From the NCBI GenBank assembly GCA_964436455.1, contig CAYTDB010000006.1, forward strand, positions 11,372 through 75,371: a stretch of DNA of 64,000 nt. The letters are read 5' to 3'. The translations under genes were made by a program, and so were the position numbers. Positions 58,010-64,000 of this stretch are shown piece after piece. Each line of letters starts with the position of its first letter. Position 1 is the stretch's first letter. Origin of the DNA: an uncultured Anaerolinea sp. (GTDB taxonomy: Bacteria > Chloroflexota > Anaerolineae > Anaerolineales > Villigracilaceae). The notes below the pieces were generated by a model. It saw only the letters and a program-made list of their open reading frames with translations, did not search any database and had not been told where the DNA came from.

Positions 58010-61000
58010 TTGACAAAAACTCTTCCATCCGGCACAGTCACCTTCCTATTTACTGATATTGAAGGCAGCACAAATCTTGCTCAGAAATATTCTGACAAGT
58101 GGGAGTCGTTGCGTGAACGGCATGATTCTATTTTACGTGAAGCGATCGAGGCAAACAATGGTTACATCTTTCAGATCATCGGTGACGCGGTATGTGCAGC
58201 ATTTCATAGAGCTGGTGATGCTCTCAAAGCTGCCCTAAAAGGACAAGTCGATCTGCAGCACGAAGAATGGGGAGACACGGCAGTACGTGTGAGGATGGGC
58301 ATCCATACCGGTGAAGCGGAGACCGATGGGAAGGACTATCGTGGTTACCTGACCATGTGTCTCGTTCAAAGGGTGGTTTCTGCAGGTCATGGCGGGCAAA
58401 TATTACTTTCACATACATCAGAAAATCTTCTGCGCGGTCAACTCCCCGACGATATAACACTTCGAGACATGGGCAGGCACAAACTCAAGGACGTGCCTTT
58501 GCCCACGCGCATCTTTCAAGTCGTTTCTCCAGGCTTGCAACAAGAGTTCCCGGTATTACGAACACTAAGTGTCTTTCCAAGCAATCTACCTGCGCAGATC
58601 ACAAGCTTTATTGGACGTGAAAAGGAAGTCGCTGATGTAAAGAAGCTGTTGCATGATGCACACATACTCACGTTGATCGGCCCAGGTGGGACAGGGAAAA
58701 CACGCTTGGCGATACAAGTCGCGAGTGAAGTATTGGGACATTACCCAGACGGGGTGTGGTTGGTGGAATTGGCTGCCATTCGTGATCCGTTGCTTGTTCC
58801 GCGCACTGTTGCAATTGCTCTGGGACTACGCGATGAGCCACAGCGTCCTGTCATTGACATGTTATGTGACTACCTTCGCGAGAAGAAGACGCTCATCCTG
58901 CTTGACAACTGCGAACATCTTGTGGACGCGTGTGCACATCTTGCAGAGCAGGTCCTGCGCGCAGCATCAGCGGTACGCGTTCTTGCCAGCAGTCGCGAAG
59001 CTCTGGATATCGCGGGTGAAGTGACCTACAGGGTTCCATCGCTTGGAATACCTGATATGGATCATCTGCCTCCTGTCGACTCTTTGAGTCAATACGAAGC
59101 CGTCAGGCTTTTCATTGACCGTGCAATCTCTGCAATCCCAACCTTCACCGTAACCAATGACAGCGCACCTTTCCTCGCCCAAATTTGCCACCGTCTCGAT
59201 GGCATTCCCTTGGCGATAGAACTGGCTGCGGCAAAAATCCGTGTATTGAGTGTGGAGGAAATCGCCAGAAGGCTGGATGACCGCTTCCATTTGTTGACCG
59301 GGGGAAGCCGTACCGCGCTGGAACGTCATCAAACATTGCGTGCAGCAATTGATTGGAGCTTCAACCTACTTCCCATCTCAGAACAGATTTTATTCAGAAG
59401 ATTATCGGTGTTTGTTGGCGGATGGACACTTGAAGCGGCAGAGTCAGTTTGTAAGTTTGAATCATCGCCCAGTCCTGACAGGAACGAAGATGTTTTGACA
59501 CTTTTGGAGCACTTAATTAACAAGTCTTTGGTCGTTCGGGAGGAAACGCAAACCGGATCCCGTTATCGAATGCTTGAGACGATGAGACAATATGCAAACG
59601 AGAAATTGACAGAGTCGGGTGAGGGCAATTTTTTACAAAACAATCATCTACTGTATTTTCTGAATCTGGCAGAGACCGCAGAGCCCCATTTACGAAGTAC
59701 GGAGCAGGTGAAATGGCTCAAACTTCTAGACTCGGAATATGAAAATCTGCGCTCTGCTCTATCTTGGGCAATGGATAACCCTCCAGCAGAGTCAATTCTC
59801 AGGCTGGCAGGTGCTTTGGGTCCATATTGGAAGATACGCTCCTCCTGGCTGGAAGGTGCAAAATGGCTGGATCGGGCATTAAATAATCCAGGGGAAATAA
59901 ACAGCCAGAAAGAGATAGCAGCGCGCGCAAAAGTATTTTATCGCAGGGCAGATATCGCTCACGAACTCGACGAATTGGAAATAATGAAAACATCTTCCGA
60001 GTCCGCTTTGGACCTTTGCGAGAGAGCAAAGGATCCCTGGGGAACAGCCTATTCGCGCGCGCTTGTTGCTTCTCACTTCATGCGATTGATAAACTTTGAC
60101 AGGGGCAAACCGCTGCTGGAGCAAAGTCTTGTTGATTTCAGGAGGCTGGGTGATGCTTGGGGCGAAGCATTTGTTCTGGGTCTCTTCGGGCGCATATATC
60201 AAGGCGACGAAACCAAGGAGAGGGAGTATTTTGATATCCTGCAAAAGAGGATCAACCTGGCACGCAAATCGGGAGACCGTCACATCCTTGCCTATGCTCT
60301 TGCCAACCAGGTAAGGGTACATATTTCCAATGGAGATTGCAGCAAGGCAGAGGAAGTTTTACAAGAAACCGACCGATTATTTATGGAAATCGGTTCATCC
60401 TATGGTATTAACCAATCACGCTATTGGCGTGCCCAGGTTTTCTTTGGGTGCGGTGAGATTGAAAAAGCAAAAGCCGAGGCAAAATTATTTGTTGATTATT
60501 GCCAAAGTGTGGGTGAAAAGAACATGCAGGGTACGATCCTGTCCTTTTTGGGGTTGATCTTCGAAATGGAAAAAAATATTCGAGATGCATTCATATATTC
60601 CCAAAAAAGCCTTGATTTGGCCAAGGATGTGGGATCGCCCGATAAACTTGGCACTAATTTCGCATCCTTCGGACGATTAAATTATCTTCAAGGGAATGTT
60701 GATGAGGCTCTACGATTTACCAGCGAAAGCCTGGAGATAACCAAGAGAAGCGGAATTGAGGCAAATACAATCTCATTCATTTTTCTCCAAATAGCCGGTT
60801 TGTTCCTGGAAAACAGGCCGCGGGTCGCAACACAGTTGTTAGGTTTCAGTGAAGGAATTTGGCAAACCCTTCCAAGCCCACGCAATCCAATCCTGCAAAA
60901 AACGTATGGGGACATATTCCGGCAGGAGGCACATAATAAACTCAGCCATGCAGAGTTCGAGACTGCCTGGAGTACGGGGTTACGGATGACACTCAACGAT

Positions 61001-61048
61001 GCCGCTGAACTGGCGATGCAGGCATTTGAAGAAATGAAACAGTTATGA
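58010..61048 (+). CDS. Class III nucleotide cyclase-STAND ATPase-TPR protein
   Basis: LFTDIEGST, GD, RMGIHTG; GPGGTGKT, LDNCEH, DGIPLAIELAA; TPR-like C-terminus. Confidence 0.9.
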   Translation: MTKTLPSGTVTFLFTDIEGSTNLAQKYSDKWESLRERHDSILREAIEANNGYIFQIIGDAVCAAFHRAGDALKAALKGQVDLQHEEWGDTAVRVRMGIHTGEAETDGKDYRGYLTMCLVQRVVSAGHGGQILLSHTSENLLRGQLPDDITLRDMGRHKLKDVPLPTRIFQVVSPGLQQEFPVLRTLSVFPSNLPAQITSFIGREKEVADVKKLLHDAHILTLIGPGGTGKTRLAIQVASEVLGHYPDGVWLVELAAIRDPLLVPRTVAIALGLRDEPQRPVIDMLCDYLREKKTLILLDNCEHLVDACAHLAEQVLRAASAVRVLASSREALDIAGEVTYRVPSLGIPDMDHLPPVDSLSQYEAVRLFIDRAISAIPTFTVTNDSAPFLAQICHRLDGIPLAIELAAAKIRVLSVEEIARRLDDRFHLLTGGSRTALERHQTLRAAIDWSFNLLPISEQILFRRLSVFVGGWTLEAAESVCKFESSPSPDRNEDVLTLLEHLINKSLVVREETQTGSRYRMLETMRQYANEKLTESGEGNFLQNNHLLYFLNLAETAEPHLRSTEQVKWLKLLDSEYENLRSALSWAMDNPPAESILRLAGALGPYWKIRSSWLEGAKWLDRALNNPGEINSQKEIAARAKVFYRRADIAHELDELEIMKTSSESALDLCERAKDPWGTAYSRALVASHFMRLINFDRGKPLLEQSLVDFRRLGDAWGEAFVLGLFGRIYQGDETKEREYFDILQKRINLARKSGDRHILAYALANQVRVHISNGDCSKAEEVLQETDRLFMEIGSSYGINQSRYWRAQVFFGCGEIEKAKAEAKLFVDYCQSVGEKNMQGTILSFLGLIFEMEKNIRDAFIYSQKSLDLAKDVGSPDKLGTNFASFGRLNYLQGNVDEALRFTSESLEITKRSGIEANTISFIFLQIAGLFLENRPRVATQLLGFSEGIWQTLPSPRNPILQKTYGDIFRQEAHNKLSHAEFETAWSTGLRMTLNDAAELAMQAFEEMKQL

Positions 61049-61098
61049 CCCGCCTAATAAAAGGCGGGTTTAAATCCTCAACGTGTATAATTTCGAAT

Positions 61099-61920
61099 AT
61101 GAAACACGAATCAGTTCATAATGTATCTCTTCCAAAAATCGGATTCGGTACCTGGAGCATCGGCGGTGAGACTACAGCCAATCCAAAACTCGACGATGCA
61201 TCCATGACCGCCCTCCGCTCTGCGCTGGAGATCGGCTACACACATTTCGATACCGCCGAATACTATGCGGCAGGTCACGCGGAAGAACTGGTCGGGCGAG
61301 CTATCCGCGAGACAAAGACAAAGCGCGAGGATGTCTTTATCACATCCAAGGTCTCACCCGAACATCTCGCTTATAAGGACGTACTCAAAACCTGCGAAAA
61401 CTCCCTGCACCGTTTCAAAATGGACTACATTGACCTGTATCTCATTCACTGGCCCCCGCGCGCCATATCGAAGCTCGATGAAGCATTTCCCGCCATGAAT
61501 AAACTCGTACAGGACGGCAAAGTCAGGCATCTGGGTGTAAGCAATTTCAACCTCAAATGGCTGAAGCGCGCGCAGGAATTATCTGAAACGCCCATCATCA
61601 CGAATCAAGTTCCCTATCGTCTGCCGGACAAAACCTACATAGCGAATGGCGTGATTGAATACTGCCAGCAAAGCAACATTTTGATCACTGCATATTCACC
61701 CATAAAGTTCAGAAGCATGCGCGTCAATCAAACACTCAATCAAATCGCTGAAGCACATTCCGCCACGCCGTATCAGATCGCGCTGGCATGGCTGGTTATG
61801 CAGCCGCGCGTCATCACAATACCAATGTCGTTCAATCCAACGCATATCAAGGAGAATTTCGACGCGGCAAAGATCAAGCTCAGTGACAGGGAAATGTCAC
61901 AGCTTGCGGACGAGTGGTAA
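61099..61920 (+). CDS. Aldo/keto reductase
   Basis: IGFGTW, FDTAEYY, ITSK, DLYLIHWP, GVSNF. Confidence 0.93.
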   Translation: MKHESVHNVSLPKIGFGTWSIGGETTANPKLDDASMTALRSALEIGYTHFDTAEYYAAGHAEELVGRAIRETKTKREDVFITSKVSPEHLAYKDVLKTCENSLHRFKMDYIDLYLIHWPPRAISKLDEAFPAMNKLVQDGKVRHLGVSNFNLKWLKRAQELSETPIITNQVPYRLPDKTYIANGVIEYCQQSNILITAYSPIKFRSMRVNQTLNQIAEAHSATPYQIALAWLVMQPRVITIPMSFNPTHIKENFDAAKIKLSDREMSQLADEW

Positions 61921-61938
61921 GTCCTTTACAGTCAATCC

Positions 61939-62244
61939 ATGAAACTGCAAATCCTGCCGGAGATCGAGATCATCGAAGAGAGCGAGACGGAACTCGAACC
62001 CTTCTACCGAGTGATCATCCATAACGATGACATCACGCCGATGGACTTTGTCGTGCATCAATTGAAAACCATCTTCTATCTCGCGAATGACAAATCCGCG
62101 CAGATCATGTTCACGGCGCATTACTACGGGTCAGCGTATGTGCAAATGCTCCCCAGGTCAGAAGCGGAGAAACGCATCAACAAGGCGCATTTCGAAGCCA
62201 ACAACGCGGGGTATCCACTCAAGTTCACGATGGAACCTGAATGA
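61939..62244 (+). CDS. clpS: ATP-dependent Clp protease adaptor
   Basis: YRVIIHNDDITPMDFVV, AHYYG, GYPLKFTMEPE. Confidence 0.93.
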   Translation: MKLQILPEIEIIEESETELEPFYRVIIHNDDITPMDFVVHQLKTIFYLANDKSAQIMFTAHYYGSAYVQMLPRSEAEKRINKAHFEANNAGYPLKFTMEPE

Positions 62245-63134
62245 CACTTCCTCAACTGGATACACTTACACAAATCAATCTTGACGACCTTGTTTCATCC
62301 TTTGGATGGGAAAAAAAACCATTTCTTGCATCCATGCTTCGTCGTGCATTTGCAAGCCCTGCACAGAAATTCGCAGGTCAAATGAAAGACTTCGACAATC
62401 TAGTCGGTCAAATGGGACTTGCGAATGCATCGCATTCGATCATCCAAAGGCGATATGTTCGGGATGTTCGTGTGCATGGACGCGAACATACCCCGCAAAA
62501 CGGACCTGCCCTCTTCCTTTCCAACCACCCCGGCATGGCAGATACGATCAGCCTCTTTGCTGCGATCAACCGCGCAGACCTGAAGATCATCGCCCTGCAC
62601 CGTCCATTCCTGGAATCGCTCGTAAATACAACCCATCAATTATTCTTCATAGATGACAATCCAGCGAAACGGATGAACGCCGTGCGACAGGTTTCCAGCT
62701 ATTTGCGGAGCGGCGGCTCCGTGCTTACCTTCCCTGCCGGCGAGATCGAGCCTGATCCGCTTGTATACCCCGGTGCATTGGCCTCCCTCTCCGGGTGGAT
62801 CGACTCCGCCGGCGTTTTCATCCGCTTCGTGCGGGACACCAAAATTGTCCCCGTCCTCGTGAGTGGAGTCATCTGGGAGAAAGCTGCATATCACTGGCTG
62901 ACACATCTCAAGCGAACACGCCTTGAACGTGAGAAGTTCGCTGCTGCATTGCAACTGCTCGTTTTGGTTGTGTGCAATGTCAAGCCAAACATAGTCCATG
63001 TGCAGTTTGGGAAACCGATCACGCTTGATGAAGTCGGCTCGATGGATTCGCAAGCCATCCACAAAGTTGTCATCGAACGAATGCAGGGATTGATCATGAA
63101 TCAACCGACTGATGCGGGAGTTTCCGCGCTTTGA
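62241..63134 (+). CDS. PlsC-family acyltransferase
   Basis: SNHPGMAD (HxxxxD), FPAG, IVPV. Confidence 0.85.
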   Translation: MTLPQLDTLTQINLDDLVSSFGWEKKPFLASMLRRAFASPAQKFAGQMKDFDNLVGQMGLANASHSIIQRRYVRDVRVHGREHTPQNGPALFLSNHPGMADTISLFAAINRADLKIIALHRPFLESLVNTTHQLFFIDDNPAKRMNAVRQVSSYLRSGGSVLTFPAGEIEPDPLVYPGALASLSGWIDSAGVFIRFVRDTKIVPVLVSGVIWEKAAYHWLTHLKRTRLEREKFAAALQLLVLVVCNVKPNIVHVQFGKPITLDEVGSMDSQAIHKVVIERMQGLIMNQPTDAGVSAL

Positions 63135-63196
63135 TCGGTTCGCCATCACCCTATCCACAGCAGCCCCCCTCTCTCCCCACAGGAGAGAGGGGAGTA

Positions 63197-64000
63197 GTGA
63201 GGGCAAAACGCCTATCGGTTCGTCTTCTTTGGCTATCAGTCCTCGCCACCCTCCTCTATCTCGCTCTCCGCAACGCTCCTCTACCTGAAATTTGGAACAC
63301 TCTCAAAACGCTACGATCCTCACAGATCGCAATCATCCTTATGATCAACGCAGTCGTTATCTCACTCATCACCGTGCGTTGGTGGGTCATTGTCCGTGCA
63401 GAAAATCGGTCGGTGCCATTTTTGCCGTTGGTCGGGTATCGTCTGTCGGTGTTTGGATTGAGTTATTTCACGCCCGGACCGCAGGTGGGAGGCGAACCTT
63501 TGCAGGTGATCTCTCTTCAGCGCAATCATGGCTTGTCCTTCGCCCGCGCTACATCTGCAGTCATCATGGATAAGCTGCTTGAGTTTCTCGTCAACTTCAT
63601 TTTGATCGGGATCGGCGCGTGGGCAATCGTCAGGGTGGGATTGTTACCAGAAAACGGAATCAGGCTTACGTTAAGTCTGATCGGGCTGGCGGTTTTGTTG
63701 ATATGGCCCATCGTCCATATTATCCTGCTGTATAACAGGATAATGCCCATTTCACGAATCCTGCTCCGCCAGCCTTTCATACAAAAAGACCATCCAAGCC
63801 TTCGGCTGATCGTTGTTGCAGAACGGATGGCTTCAGCTTTTTGCAGAAAACATTTGCGTGCAATGTTCCTTGCTATTTTTGTTTCATTGCTTTCGATACT
63901 GGGCATCGCTGTCGAGTATTATCTTATGGTCTCGTTTTTAGGTATGCAAATCAATGCTGTTCAGGTTTTCGCCGCGTTGACCGCCATGCAGGTTGCGTTC
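63197..64000 (+). CDS. Lysylphosphatidylglycerol-synthase TM (flippase-like) protein, runs off the window
   Basis: GTG start after GGGGAG; RWWVIV..YFTPGPQVGGEPL, multi-TM, open to the window end. Confidence 0.85.
   Translation, partial: MRAKRLSVRLLWLSVLATLLYLALRNAPLPEIWNTLKTLRSSQIAIILMINAVVISLITVRWWVIVRAENRSVPFLPLVGYRLSVFGLSYFTPGPQVGGEPLQVISLQRNHGLSFARATSAVIMDKLLEFLVNFILIGIGAWAIVRVGLLPENGIRLTLSLIGLAVLLIWPIVHIILLYNRIMPISRILLRQPFIQKDHPSLRLIVVAERMASAFCRKHLRAMFLAIFVSLLSILGIAVEYYLMVSFLGMQINAVQVFAALTAMQVAF

Noticed and set aside
63160..63205. CCCCTCTCTCC/GGAGAGAGGGG hairpin before the last gene
   Set aside because: Probably a common REP-like hairpin; no other evidence of function

Overview
A ~50% GC bacterial window whose gene content and style (alternative complex III genes, Pro/Thr-rich lipoproteins, apparent leaderless starts) suggest Chloroflexota, probably Anaerolineae; this taxonomy is an inference. 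Layout: (1) 1-15.2 kb, a co-oriented cluster of general-stress-type genes rich in unannotated microproteins (YggT, YtxH, lmo0937-like, CBS, 2x AI-2E, YihY, SLOG/LSDAT, B12-radical SAM, mgsA, an RNB nuclease, two eRF1-domain-like proteins). (2) 15.2-17.3 kb, an IS1 remnant and a decayed NB-ARC/TPR gene. (3) recD2. (4) 19.7-30.7 kb, an extended arsenic cluster (2x arsR, 2x arsC, acr3, arsP, thioredoxins, VKOR, ccdA) with an embedded radical SAM/Fe-S/XdhC module. (5) IS200 and IS1595 remnants around a nucleotidyltransferase toxin-antitoxin-like pair. (6) A LolA-like/MacB-like ABC system, a Tat-less DmsA-like enzyme with a DmsB-DmsC fusion, and an ACIII/Qrc-like operon. (7) Housekeeping genes (M48 protease, RNase H, Vor-type 2-oxoacid oxidoreductase, cyclase-STAND-TPR, AKR, clpS, acyltransferase). 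The best novel candidate is a 70-aa putative selenoprotein (23420-23632, minus strand). It has an in-frame TGA, a SECIS-like hairpin 15 nt downstream, and a readthrough stop that overlaps the next start (ATGA), and it sits inside the Mo/W-cofactor-like module of the arsenic cluster. No rRNA, tRNA or CRISPR array was seen. All family calls come from motif recognition by eye, not from database searches.
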